Shown: positions 38,226-52,041, counted from the whole stretch's first letter. The stretch is 62,884 nt of DNA, filler included, from Octopus bimaculoides (GCF_001194135.2; 6 parts of 6 records of this genome joined end to end with filler, not necessarily neighbours in it), one strand, 5' to 3'. The notes: generated by a model from the sequence alone, not told the origin. Program-made: numbers and translations.

Positions 38226-41200
38226 TATGATATAGTATATGTTGATGCATGTAGAGGTCTTTTGCTCAGCTAAAATAGTTTTTGTAAGGTTGTAAACATT
38301 TGTAACGAATCTATTTATCTCTCAAAGTCAAAGCTGCAGTAATTATTACTCATTATGGCTCCCAACCACATCCACCTTGACGCTTATTCGTCTAAAACAA
38401 TGTTTTGAATCCGATTACTGAAGCAGATTCAGATTCACTAAGTATGCCCAGACAATCTTCGAAATTTTCAATCTCTTAAGCAGCCTTTCCTATAGTCCCG
38501 CATCAAATGTTTTCACGAAATTGTACAACAAGCTTTATATACAGCACCTTCATCATCCTCGTTCTTTGTTCAGTTATCGAATAAGTTACTAAGTTATATT
38601 ACTGTAGATCCGTCACTGTTGAAACCTACTTGATTATTATCAAACAGACAATTTATTCTTACGTTTAATTACCCATTCACTCATGGTTGATTTCTAAGTT
38701 TTACGCTCGACGCAAGAGAGATTTGCTGGTCGATATTTTGCAGATTGAAGTTATGTTAACTCTTCTCCAATTCCCAGGTATACTAAGTCTTACCAATAAA
38801 ATCTTATAAAATTAACTCCAGTTGCTCTAGAAATGAATCTCTTAGTCTTATTGATGGCCAATGGATGCAATCGTTTAGGTCAAAATCTAGAATATTTGTT
38901 TTTCAATATCATAAACGCTTTCTTAATTTGTGGCTTGATTATCTTCATGCTTGACAGCATTGTGAAGAGTTTTGTTCCTGCCTTGAATGTTTGCCCAACA
39001 TGTTTATTTGTATAGAGACTTAAAACTTTCCTTTAAACAATATAACTGTATTTGTCTATGTTGACAGCTATTGTTTATTCCTGTGCATTCCTTACACAAC
39101 CAATCTCCTCAGGGGTTATATGTAGTTTAGCCTCAACATTTATCTCAGAATATTTCACCTATCGTCTTTACATTGCAATAACTTGCTGTTTATTCTTTAC
39201 TATCCACCTAGGTTCCTTTCCAACGTAGGTTATAAATTTTGTCGAAAGTATCAGACTCATTATATATTACTTATCTTCCTCTATGTTATTTTTCTTAGTC
39301 ATTTCAATAAATTGTCTTTTCGGTTTGTCATCAACCCTTGTTTTCTGACCATTGATAGCTAAATATTAGTCCTTCGATTATTTACATCACTTCTCTGTAA
39401 TTTCCCAGAAGCGATGAATTCGTTTATCACTTCTTGCTAGTTGCCCATAAATTGGTCCAATATTTTCTCCGCATTATTGCTCTCAGTATATACAATCCAA
39501 ATTATATTCTGTAATATTCTCATTCAGGTCTTAGTGTCATATCTCGTAGAGATGCAATACTTTTAACATTCGATTTATTTATCTTCGTTTTACTGCATTG
39601 CATTTGAAATTAATGTACCTGTGGATACTTTTTCCTTAATAAAATCGTAACACACATATCATCCAATAGTTCTTTATCTTCAGCTATTACTAATCAAATA
39701 TGCTTCCGTTTACACTTATCCTGAAACTTTTTATCGCGTATATTTGCTGTGTGATATAATAGCAAGCTCCTCCACCGAATTTACATCTAAATACATTGAA
39801 ATAGTTTTTCAGGCAATGTCCGGCAAATTGAAATTCATTTACAATAATTTACTCTTTCTACTATTTCCTTGTATCCTTTCCAATCTCCTGCAGTAATTCC
39901 GAAGGAAAAACCATTTTTATCATCATTGTTACTCTCGTGTTTTCTATTGGGTAATTCCAAAAGCACATCGTTGTGTTACATCTTTTATCTTTTAACAATT
40001 TTCTCGTATTTATGTTTTCCAAATTTAATGGGTGACAGAATATTCCAGGTTTAAACTAAAGAAACATTCCTGTTTTCCAAAGCTTATTATTTTTATAGAA
40101 TTACAATCATGACATTAAAAGCTCCATTTACTTAAGTTCGTAATTCAGAAACTAATTTTATTGCGTGCAGACATGTCCATACTAACGAGCTTTGTTTTAA
40201 AACTTTACTATCATCAGTATATTTAACTTTGACTATATTCTTCCTATTCAATTCCTGGATGCTAAGCCTTCCTTCGCACTATCACCTTTCTCACAACTAA
40301 TGAGCTTTCACTTTCTCTAGTTACATTTACCGCAAACATATAGGCAAACACCACATTTTCTGTGTTTTTCCAATTCACTTTCAGTATACAGAGTTCAAAC
40401 GGATGCCCTCGAACATGGAGGAACTTCCAGGATCATTTCGATTTTCATTGCTAGATTTAGCTTCCTCACACAATTCTTTATCCATTGTTTTATCTCCCTC
40501 GTCACCTCATGCGACACTACACCACAAACACGCTACTATCATGGTATTTTGAAGCTTCTGTATTTTCATTGGTTTCTCTCTGAAAATACTCATTTAGTAT
40601 CAAAATAAACGTGGACTTCTAACATTACAGTTGCTAGCCAGATACTTAAAGAGATATTCGGATGTTTATTCTTCGATCGTAAATTTATTGCTTTCTAAAT
40701 GAACTAAAATAATCATTCTGCACAGTGTATACACCAATATAATATGCATATACACACATCAGTGTACGCAGCTGAGGCAATATTGAATTGAAATAACTAC
40801 CTCTGTATCCTATTTAATGTATTCTCACTGCCAAGAAGCCAGTTACTGTAGTGTTTGTCCTAAGATAAAAAACACTCTTAAGAACATGCTGTGTTAAAAA
40901 GGCAACGAATGTGAGACGAATACCAAAATTTGTCCCAGCATTGGTCAGATAGGGCGCCAAATGTGTTTCAGTCTATTAGGTCCTTTTCAGACGAATGCTT
41001 TCACGAGATTTCACCATCTCTGAAATAAGAAAAAGTGAATAAAACATTCACTGATTTTGCTAATAACCACCGGGTAAATAAAATAAATTCTAGTATACAA
41101 AATTAAGTGCATATTTAATTAAAATAATCATCTATGTATCATACTGAATGTATATACACTGTCCATAGGACAGTTGATGCACTATTTGTCCTGAGATAAT

Positions 41201-42253
41201 TTCTGTTATTAACTTATTTTTTAAACAAAATGAATGTCAGAGAGGGAGAGAGAGAGGGGGGAGATAAAAAGAGGCAAACAAATAGAGAGAGAAGGAGAAA
41301 GACAGAGAGACAGACAGAGAAACAGTGAGATAGTCGAACATGTTGTTCTGTGATTGCTCTTTGTATTCTATGTTTCCCTAATGCCATTCTGAGAGTCTTC
41401 TATATTCTCAATAACCCTTCTATCTCTCTCATCCCCACTCCTCATACTCTTTGTTTATGTCCGTTGTCTATGCATAGATCTACTCTACTTTTTTTTTATT
41501 TCTCTTTCTCGAGGCCATAGAGGTTTATTTTCTTGTATTCCATTTGCTTTGTCGTCCCGCTTTTTTAATATTCTCTATCCTTTGGCATGCCACAGATAGT
41601 GTAATTGAAAAAAGGTTCGTGTGTGTCAGGTAATTTTGTATATCAAATATAAAATGAACACTAAAAGGACTATCATACCAATAAACCATCACGTGATTTC
41701 ATACATTGAATGATTACCATGAAATCTGCCGATTTAGTTTCAGTCCCACACCACAATATTTTGAACGAGTGTCTTCTGATATAGCCACAAATCTACTTAC
41801 TAATGTATTATGAATGAATTTCGAAGACAGAAAACTCATGTAAACCTTTTATTTTATGCTTTATGTTATGGTTATAAGCATCTACTGATTTGGAATAGGA
41901 CACTTTCGTCAAAATATTCGACTGTTTTAATATAATTTTGATACATGCACCTTTTCTTTACTCAGTCAGTGGTACAACGGGAACCTATGGAATGAGTATA
42001 AACTATGTATACACAAATGCATATATACATTATGACAAGCTAACAAAACACACCCTTGAGCACAGAAGCACAGAAGCACGCACGAACGCACACACACACA
42101 AACACACACACGCACACTTACCACTCCTTCCTTCAATGTTTGCGTTTCTGGGTCTGTGCTCCTATTCAAACTGTAAAGGATCTTGCTGTTGAAGTGTTGG
42201 AAATCATACACTAATCGCAGTCTATGTTTCTCCTTGCCATATGTGTGTGTAAG

Positions 42254-42344
<91 letters not shown>

Positions 42345-42574
42345 GTGAAAGGGAGAGACACAGATGGAGTGAGACAGAACGAGATAGAAAGAATGAGTGA
42401 GAAGGAGAATCTCTAACCTCCTAACTACTACAAGGATGCTTTATCTATGAATCTTGAAATAATGAAAGAGAGTTTACCTCACCAGTATTTGAACATATTC
42501 ACCTATGTGCATACTTATTTGTGAGTAAGCGTGTGGTATTCTGTGTGTGTGGCGAATTGACAATATCTTTAAAC

Positions 42575-42813
42575 CAGTGGTTCTCAACCGGGGTCCGTAT
42601 GACCCTTGGAGATCCATATAAGATTTTGTTGCTAAAATTTATATACAATAAATTGGTTATACTTCTACAATAACATAATATATTTTTTTCTTTTTTATAT
42701 AGTTCTTAATAATATTTCATTATAAAAATATAGGATTATTTGTTTTATATACATCGAATGTGGTGTAAAATAAGAATCAATGGGGTCCATAGGCAAAAAA
42801 TTGAGAACCACTG
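42575..42813. mobile_element. hAT-Charlie-like MITE (239 bp)
   Basis: 13-bp TIRs CAGTGGTTCTCAA / TTGAGAACCACTG; flanking 8-mers CTTTAAAC / TTTTAGAT (5/8, degenerate TSD); related internal fragment at ~18060-18120. Confidence 0.8.
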
Positions 42814-43403
42814 TTTTAGATAGTTGAATAGTATACTTACATATTTCTTCCTGCCCTCTGCATTCAGATTTTAAATCAATCAAGTTTAATTTTGTGTCCT
42901 TCCTTCTGGAATCAAAACATGATTTGTCCCTCACACTCTGAAGTTACTTTCTCTCACGTCTTAATCCTAATGTTTTATTGTTCATCTCTCTCTTCCTCTT
43001 TTAGTTAGAATCACAATCTCTATCTTAGAGAATCATACTTTTCCACGGAATCGTCTATCTTGTACTCAGAGAAGTGTGATAGGGTGGCCTCTCATACCAT
43101 ACATTTCACCAGAATCAAGGAAGGAAGAGTTGAACAAGTTAGTACAAGACTCTTCTGATATAAAAGTATATATACATGAAACTTCTTGGTCCTGACTCCC
43201 ATCCATCTACAGGGTATTACGGGAATATGATTTTACTATAACAGCCCAACAAATTAGTAGCTCGTGAGTGAATTTGGTTAACGGAAACTACAGAATCTTA
43301 CCTGTATATAGATAAAACACAGTCACAAACACATATAGTCATATGTACGTATATACACGCATTTATATACGTACACATACTAAATATTTGTATAGTATGT
43401 TTG

Positions 43404-43436
<33 letters not shown>

Positions 43437-44014
43437 GTCTATCTGTCTATCTATATATGCACACACACACATATAAATACAAATATATACACAAAGACAC
43501 ACATATATATGTATAAGTATGCGTGTGTGTGTGTTTGGGTTGTTTGTGTGTATAAATATGTATGAATGTATTTATGCTCTCGTGCGCATACATGCGTGTG
43601 TAACGTCTACGTATAGGACACCTAGGTTTGTAACTGAAAAAGACTATAGATTTCTTGTATACAACACAAAATATTTTGCTATACCGTTTCAATAGCTGAT
43701 ATCTGCGCTATATTTATTCACACTGCAGATGTTTTCTATTAACAAAATTTTACTTATACTGTTGTTTTTGTATAACAGATATATTCAATAGTGTCATTAA
43801 TGTTGATAGTTTCTTTATTCATGTTGTTGATGCAATTATAGAAACCCTTTTACAATCCTCTTCTGAAGTGTGAAGCTAAATATAATTATGTATGTATGTA
43901 TGTATGTATGTATGTATGTATGTATGTGTCTCTCTGTCTCTCTGTATGTATGTATGTATGTATGTATGTATGTATGTGCCTGTCTGTATGTATGTATATA
44001 TGTATGTATGTAGG

Positions 44015-44045
<31 letters not shown>

Positions 44046-44199
44046 GTATTTATCTGTCTGTCTGTCTATTTATCTATCTATGGACGGACGCTAAGTCAAA
44101 TCGGCTCCGCACAATTTGGCTATTTTTATGTGTTAAATAGTTTTACTGTTGAATATTTTGTGTGAAAAAGTTGTGTAACAACATACACTTCCAACCTTA

Positions 44200-46007
44200 T
44201 TTAATGTTTCCATAGGATTTCGCCCCTCTGTGAGCGAAATTTCCAAACTTATTAAGGTTTTCTTCAGCTCATTTTAGCCATTTTCATTTCGAAAATGGCG
44301 ATTCCAAACCACGAGGCCAGTGCGCAAGTAATGCGGAACTGTAGCGAAGCGCTAAAAACAACTGATGAAGAATTTCCTAGCCTCCCGCTACCAAAAGCAA
44401 ATAATTCACACACTTAAAACAAAAGAAAGCACAACTTGAGAAAAGGAAAATACAGATCACAGCGAAAATACCGCTGCTTCTATTATTGACAATCATAGAC
44501 CGAAAAGGTTAGTTGCTGAGCCTGACAACTTGAACGCCGCTGTGACCACCACCACCAACAACAATAAAACCAATGTCGCAAACCCATCCACCATCACCGC
44601 CACTAAAGACTTTAACTCTGCCGCCAACACCAACAAGACTACTAAAACTTCTGCTGCTACAACTACCACCTCTGCCACCACCACCACCACCACCACCGCC
44701 ACCACTACAACAACCTCCTTCATGAAAATTCAAAGGAGGTGACAAAAACTTTCGAACGGTAAGTGACTCTGTTCCTTTCGTTTGTGTTTTAAAACACACA
44801 ACTCATTAGGATTATGATCAAAATTGGTTGTATGAATACGCGTAGCTTGGGGTCCCCTTGGAAACAAGGGTACCACTTAAATGACATAAAATCAGAATAG
44901 TTAGAAAATATAACCATAAGTCCATGTTTGGCGGATACTTTAACATTTATTTTTCTCCCTGTCTGCCGAGAATTGGCGGTAGTGGTACGACGCTACTTTT
45001 TCGCAAGAGTCTAGATGTCGAAGTAAAGGCATTATTCGTAGACCCGGTGGGTAGACTGGTTTGTCTCGGATGTCGATGGCAGTGCTTTTCGACTCATATC
45101 AGTCTACGCACCACGTTTAACAGGTCGGCCGGATTTCTTCCTACGTCTAGAAGTATTCCTATTACCGTCTCGTCTTTTACTTTCAGTGGGGGATCAGAAT
45201 GCTACCTTGGACACGCACCTAGACTACGTGGGAAATGATTGGAATAGACGGGGATGCAAATGCCTCAGAGACCTCCTCAGTCGCTTTCAACTCTGTCTGA
45301 CAGGTACCGACTCGACCACCAAATGCGCCAACGTGGACATGGAGCAACCGCATTCGATCGCCGAGATCGTATCTAGATAGAATACTGTGTAGGACAGTAA
45401 ATAGAGATAGCGTAGGATGTACACAATTCTACATAGTCAGCTACATGGATCACAAACATTTGACGTGTTCTCTAGACTTAGATAAGGCACGTAGGCAGGG
45501 TCCCGGTTACTGGAAACTGAACGCGTCTTTCCCGTCAAGATAGGTTTTCATAGACCGGATTAGCACGCTAGTGAAGAGGGCTTTGACGGGACCCATCATC
45601 AACAACAAATGGCGGTTTGCCCTCAAGAGAATAATAAAAGCTGAAGCGTTGAGCACACCTAACCCGCCTGCTCAAGGCGACTTTCGGGCTGGGTCCTATG
45701 GATAAATTCTAGAGATCTCTGGCCTGGCAGTGCTATCGAGAAGCGCTACTCGTTCGGGTTAAGCTCTACAGGCATGTCTCGAGAAACATCGGGTCGATCT
45801 TTCCGAGATGCGGTCAGAACGACAAAACCGTTTTGCACGCACTCGTGCAGTGTCCAACCATTTCCGACCCGTGGTCCTATGTCGAACGACTGCTATTGTG
45901 TGTTGGACGTGTCGGTTTATCAGCCGAGTCTATCGTCAATATTGTCGTGCCTCCTTCCTTCAAACGGGAAGGAAGAGCCATTTTATCGTACTTGTGGCTA
46001 TGCACGA
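44200..46007 (+). mobile_element. Internally deleted Tx1/L1-clade LINE (ORF1 N-terminal remnant, AP endonuclease, C-terminal Cys/His domain, no RT)
   Basis: From ATG 44814: MIKIGCMNTRSLGS...RLISVYAP...VGDQNATLD...WTWSN...SYLDRIL...DHK...GPGYWKLN, then directly at ~45655 RSLAWQCYREAL...FPRCGQNDKTVLHALVQCP...WSYVERLL. Upstream MAIPNHE...EEFPSLP from 44295. The 5' boundary is approximate. Confidence 0.85.
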
Positions 46008-46074
46008 GTTCCTCTAATGCCTGTGAACCTTCAACATGTCCGGCCCACTGAAACTTGCATCGCATTTCTAATCG

Positions 46075-46231
46075 CTATCTCTATCTACTGTCCTACACAG
46101 TATTCTATCTAGATACGATCTCGACGATCGAATGCGGTTGCTCCATTCCACGTTGGCGCATTCGGGTGGTCGAGTCAGTACCTGTCAGACAGTTGAAAGC
46201 GACTGAGCAGGTCTCTGAGGCATTTGCATCA
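46075..46231 (-). mobile_element. Inverted copy of Tx1 EN segment 45253-45412 flanked by a direct repeat
   Basis: Reverse complement aligns over ~160 bp; TTGCATC(G/A)CATTTCTAATCG at 46055-46074 and 46224-46243. Confidence 0.85.
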
Positions 46232-48198
46232 CATTTCTAATCGTAAGTCATGTATTGCTCAAGTTTATTAACCCAACAACGGTTTACAATAGTTGTAAAT
46301 GATACAAATTAATGAGGGCCACAAAAGAGTTAATATTAGGGGTAAAGTGGAATGGAGCCTAAGAAAATAACTGGAATAAATTAAACAATTACGTTCCTAT
46401 TTGTGTGGGACATGTTCGGAAATATTTCTGCAGGCCAAGTGACAATATTCCCTAAGCCAGTTTTATGAGCTGGAGAATTATGCATTCAAAAGTATTTGTA
46501 GCTTAATAAGATCAAGGTGAACTGAAAGAAATGTGAGAGATTTTTGACAAAGAATTATGTCTTTGATATAAAATTAAATTTCTCTCTAACATTTAAACAT
46601 CATAACTGAGAAAATTGCAATGAAACACTCATGGGATCCGTATGCTACTGAATATCTCATCCAGCGAAGAAGGTGTTAATAACGAAGGTGCTATTTAATA
46701 TATTCATATAAATTAAATTTGATATATATGAGCATCTATGTGAAACGTGTGACGCATATTCAAAGATTTGAAATGAAATATACCAAGTAGATAACTGAAC
46801 GCTATTTTGGACTAAATTGTACTCGATATATATATATATANNNNNNNNNNNNNNNNNNNNNNNNNNNNNNNNNNNNNNNNNNNNNNNNNNNNNNNNNNNN
46901 NNNNNNNNNNNNNNNNNNNNNNNNNNNNNNNNNNNNNNNNNNNNNNNNNNNNNNNNNNNNNNNNNNNNTGTATACCATGTATTTGTATGCATATCACCTT
47001 CCAATTAACCCTCTGTCTGGATATAGAAAAGTAGCACACACACACACACACACACGCACGCACACACACACACACACACACACACGCATACACACTGGGA
47101 CTTTGAATTGAGGCGAACAAATGAGACTGACATATTCAATATATTTAATTTAAACTGAAAGTGTCTTGCTACCTTGCTTTCGGTTTTCTGCAATTTTCAG
47201 GTGAGAGCAGTGACAGGTTTCAATTTATACCTGTATTTGTTGGTTTGTATGATGTCCCATACTTATTTGTCCAACTGATTGCGTTTTGCATTAAATAATT
47301 GCCTCTTACTTTTCCTTTTCGTTACTTTTTTCTGCTGTAATGTTTATTTCTCTTCAATTTTTAACAAGCAGCCTATTTTGAATAGGTATATGTATACATG
47401 AATACGTTGTTAATGCTGTATTCTGTAGTACATAGCATACTTGTATATTTTAGCCCACATTGTATGTATATATAAACAGATAAAATAAACCCCATGATGT
47501 CAATAAAATATATTGAGACAGAGAATGTTGAATTAATCAAAATAGTTTAGGGCCTGGTGTTCTGTAACTATCGGCAACTGATACACATCTTTATCTATCC
47601 ACATTCATATGAATATGTATAATATGAAACTTAAGGCATAAATAATTTGAATACGTAAATTTGTATGTATTATACATTCTTGGTAGCTAAGTTTTAAATA
47701 TATATTCCTGGATGGTACACAGCAATTATTGTAGTATCATTAATATAGTCAGATAGAGAAAATATCTATCATTCGCTTTCGTTCTCTCTTCTTTCCCTTA
47801 CTCTCCACTCATACATAGGCACAAACATATGTATATATATATATATATATATATATNNNNNNNNNNNNNNNNNNNNNNNNNNNNNNNNNNNNNNNNNNNN
47901 TTAATTAATTAANNNNNNNNNNNNNNNNNNNNNNNNNNNNNNNNNNNNNNNNNNNNATATCCATAGGCGGATATTTTTAGTATAAAGTGGTAAAGAGTGT
48001 GATGTGTTGAAATCGAACACGCGAACGTATGATTGTGTGTTCAACACATTAGTCATGACTCCTCGTGCATTCACACTAACCCATATGCACACACATATAC
48101 ATATATCTACATATATGTGCGTGTCTGTCTATTTGTCTGTCTATCTATCTATCTATCTATCTATCAATCTATCTATCAATCTATCAATCTATCTATCA

Positions 48199-48233
<35 letters not shown>

Positions 48234-48433
48234 AATCTATCTATCTATGCATCTATCTATCTCTGACTATTTATCTGTTTATCTTTCTGTCTGTTTATCT
48301 ATTTAATTTTGTATGTGTGNNNNNNNNNNNNNNNNNNNNNNNNNNNNNNNNNNNNNNNNNNNNNNNNNNNNNNNNNNNNNNNNNNNNNNNNNNNNNNNNN
48401 NNNNNNNNNNNNNNNNNNNNNNNNNNNNNNNNN

Positions 48434-48485
<52 letters not shown>

Positions 48486-49130
48486 TGTGTGTACCACCCT
48501 GCGAATTTTATCAAACCATGAGCTTCAACCTTGCTCCACACATCTCACTCCTCACCCTCTCACTCCTCGCCCTCTCGCTGCTTCAACCTCACCACCACTT
48601 CTTGCCCACTCCAACCGCCACCATCACCACACCACCACACCACCACACCAACACCCCGCCGTCTACTAAACTACGTCGACTTTTACTTCAATTAGAGTCA
48701 CAGTAATTCTCTGTTTTGAATGTCAAGAACATCACCGGAAGTACAATTCTCTCAAGCTTGCGTACATTTTCGGCAATTAATTTTGACCGGAACCTCGTAA
48801 TTTCCAATCACTGAAAAATGATGATTGGGAAATATTTCTTCCTAATAGATGGAGGTCTTTTGGATTGTTCTAGAATGTTAATAGCACAAAATGGGGGACT
48901 CCCTATGACCTGTTCACACACACACACATTCTCTCTCCCTCTCTCTCTCCACACAGCGAGGCTTAACTTCCTGTTTCTTTATTCCACTCTCTGTCTTATT
49001 CTTTGTGTTTCACCGTGTCTCTCCTCTCTTCCTCCTTACCATTTTAATTTCTCTATCTGTCCATCTATCTATCTACCTATCTATCTATCTATCCATCCAT
49101 CCATCCCTCTATCCATCCATCCATCCATCC

Positions 49131-49193
<63 letters not shown>

Positions 49194-49198
49194 CATCC

Positions 49199-49237
<39 letters not shown>

Positions 49238-49247
49238 NNNNNNNNNN

Positions 49248-49278
<31 letters not shown>

Positions 49279-49302
49279 AATCTCTCTATCTATCTATCTC
49301 TT

Positions 49303-49341
<39 letters not shown>

Positions 49342-49344
49342 CTA

Positions 49345-49391
<47 letters not shown>

Positions 49392-49619
49392 TTTCTGGCC
49401 ATCTGTGTTTCTTTCTGTCTGTATGTGTGTATGTCTTCTGTGATTCTTTCTTTATCTCTCGCTGTTCTATTTTAATCTCACTTCATCTCTCTTGTTATAT
49501 CTTCACATATTTCTATATCTTGTCTATGTGTCTGTATATACCTCTACATATAAATCAAGTATATGTATACAGATACGTGTACGTATATGTGTGTGCATAC
49601 ATATATACTATACGTCCGC

Positions 49620-50021
49620 GGAGGCGCAATGGCCTAGTGGTTAGGGCAGCGGACTCGCGGTCATAGGATCGCGGTTTCGATTCCCAGACCGGGCGCTGTG
49701 AGTGTTTATTGAGCGAAAACACCTAAAGCGCCACGAGGCTCCGGCAGGGGTTGGTGACAAACCCTGCTGTACTCTTTCGCCACAACTTTCTCTCACTCTT
49801 TCTTCCTGTTTCTGTTGTGCCTGTAATTCAAAGGGTCAGCCTTGTCACATTCTGTGTCACGCTGAATCTCTCCCGAGAACTACGTTAAGGGTACACGTGT
49901 CTGTGGAGTGCTCAGCCACTTGCATGTTAATTTCACAAGCAGGCTGTTCCGTTGATCGGATCAACTGGAACCCTCGACGTCGTAAGCGACGGAGTGCCAA
50001 CAACAACAGTAACAACAACAA
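49620..50021 (+). mobile_element. Family A SINE, full length, with (CAA)n tail and 24-bp TSD
   Basis: tRNA-like head to ...CGTAAGCGACGGAGTGC(CAA)n; flanks CATACATATATACTATACGTCCGC (49596-49619) and CATACATATATACTATCCGCCCGC (50022-50045), 22/24 identical. Confidence 0.95.
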
Positions 50022-50506
50022 CATACATATATACTATCCGCCCGCATGCACACGCACGCGCGCGCGCAAGGGTGTCTGTATATGTTAAAATAATAACAAG
50101 CGAGGGGAAAGGGTGCTGTCATCGGGTTGTTTAAATTTAATAAATTATGCTAATTGTATCAACGCCCATGTGTGTATATATAAATACACGTATATACACA
50201 CGCGCACAAAACCATGCACACACGAGCGAGATGACAGTCTGTCTTGGACATGGGATCTGCTGACGCATATATTACAAGGTCAAACACGGTAAATCCATTT
50301 ATTGTTTGCATTTTTTTCTTCGTTTTTATCTTTTGTTTATTTTTTTGCGAAGTACGACAACACTAAGGCACAAGTGTCATATTTTCTCCAAGGTAAATTT
50401 ATTGGCTCGGGGTAAATGTCCCTTCCGGAGAGCTGAATTGTATCTTCTGTGGTCTGACCATACACCTACGAGCCATCATCCAAAGATAATTACATATATA
50501 TAGATC

Positions 50507-50668
50507 GCAGGAGTGGCTGTGTGGTAAGTAGCTTGCTTACCAACCACATGGTTCCGGGTTCAGTCCCACTGCGTGGCAACTTGGGAAAGTATCTTCTTCT
50601 ATAGCCTCGGGCCGACCAAAGCCTTGTGAGTGGATTTGGTAGACGGAAACTGAAAGAAGCCTGTCGTA
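50507..50668 (+). mobile_element. Family D SINE 5' half, broken by a gap at its internal (TA)n
   Basis: GCAGGAGTGGCTGTGTGGTAAGTAGC...GAAAGAAGCCTGTCGTATA. Confidence 0.92.
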
Positions 50669-50699
<31 letters not shown>

Positions 50700-51686
50700 N
50701 NNNNNNNNNNNNNNNNNNNNNNNNNNNNNNNNNNNNNNNNNNNNNNNNNNNNNNNNNNNNNNNNNNNNNNNNNNNNNNNNNNNNNNNNNNNNNNNNNNNN
50801 NNNNNNNNNNNNNNNNNNNNNNNNNNNNNNNNNNNNNNNNNNNNNNNNNNNNNNNNNNNNNNNNNNNNNNNNNNNNNNNNNNNNNNNNNNNNNNNNNNNN
50901 NNNNNNNNNNNNNNNNNNNNNNNNNNNNNNNNNNNNNNNNNNNNNNNNNNNNNNNNNNNNNNNNNNNNNNNNNNNNNNNNNNNNNNNNNNNNNNNNNNNN
51001 NNNNNNNNNNNNNNNNNNNNNNNNNNNNNNNNNNNNNNNNNNNNNNNNNNNNNNNNNNNNNNNNNNNNNNNNNNNNNNNNNNNNNNNNNNNNNNNNNNNN
51101 NNNNNNNNNNNNNNNNNNNNNNNNNNNNNNNNNNNNNNNNNNNNNNNNNNNNNNNNNNNNNNNNNNNNNNNNNNNNNNNNNNNNNNNNNNNNNNNNNNNN
51201 NNNNNNNNNNNNNNNNNNNNNNNNNNNNNNNNNNNNNNNNNNNNNNNNNNNNNNNNNNNNNNNNNNNNNNNNNNNNNNNNNNNNNNNNNNNNNNNNNNNN
51301 NNNNNNNNNNNNNNNNNNNNNNNNNNNNNNNNNNNNNNNNNNNNNNNNNNNNNNNNNNNNNNNNNNNNNNNNNNNNNNNNNNNNNNNNNNNNNNNNNNNN
51401 NNNNNNNNNNNNNNNNNNNNNNNNNNNNNNNNNNNNNNNNNNNNNNNNNNNNNNNNNNNNNNNNNNNNNNNNNNNNNNNNNNNNNNNNNNNNNNNNNNNN
51501 NNNNNNNNNNNNNNNNNNNNNNNNNNNNNNNNNNNNNNNNNNNNNNNNNNNNNNNNNNNNNNNNNNNNNNNNNNNNNNNNNNNNNNNNNNNNNNNNNNNN
51601 NNNNNNNNNNNNNNNNNNNNNNNNNNNNNNNNNNNNNNNNNNNNNNNNNNNNNNNNNNNNNNNNNNNNNNNNNNNNNNNNNNNNNN

Positions 51687-51721
<35 letters not shown>

Positions 51722-51792
51722 TACATACATACAAGCATGCATACAGTCATATATGTATGTACGTGTTAATCTCTCTCTCTCTCTCTCTCTCT

Positions 51793-51910
51793 CTGGATCA
51801 ACGTGAAATAAAGTGTCTTGCTCAAGGACACAAGGCGTCGCCGGGAATCGAACTCACGACCTTATGACCGTGAGCCGTATACCATCACCACAAAGCAACG
51901 CGCCTTCACA
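51793..51910 (-). mobile_element. Family B-like SINE head
   Basis: Minus: TGTGAAGGCGCGTTGCTTTGTGGT...GTGAGTTCGATTCCCGG...GTGTCCTTGAGCAAGACACTTTATTTCAC. Confidence 0.75.
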
Positions 51911-51933
51911 CATATGTAATACGGGGAGCTGAG

Positions 51934-52041
51934 AAGTTTAGGCCGTGTTAATCGAAGTTCTTCACTTCAAAGTTTAGGCCGTGTTAATCGAAGTTCTTCA
52001 CTTCAAGGTTTAAGCCGTGTTAATCGAAGTTCTTCACTTCA
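51934..52041 (+). repeat. 36-bp tandem repeat x3 with no spacers
   Basis: AAGTTTAGGCCGTGTTAATCGAAGTTCTTCACTTCA three times; the third unit has 2 substitutions. Confidence 0.95.

Larger units (their letters stand above)
35770..40600 (-). pseudogene. Highly decayed CR1-clade LINE (EN, RT, C-terminus, possible Cys-rich ORF1 remnant), interrupted by younger insertions
   Basis: Minus-strand fragments in correct order: KCGVCLYVCGKC (~40350), NFNLPDIA* like GDFNLPDI.W (~39830), IPGNWRRVNITSICK..YRPANLSC (~38790), NFVKTFDA..ERLLKRL like DF.KAFD (~38510), RRVIKLVSKL..LSYEES like QRRATKL..LSYEERL (~36140). Many stops and frameshifts. Confidence 0.8.

Noticed and set aside
44530-44742. Thr-rich ORF resembling a mucin
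   Set aside because: Triplet low-complexity tract inside the Tx1 ORF1 remnant; no signal peptide or exon structure.
51934-52041. 36-bp repeats of CRISPR-like length
   Set aside because: Units are contiguous with no spacers, there are no cas genes, and the context is eukaryotic; an ordinary minisatellite.
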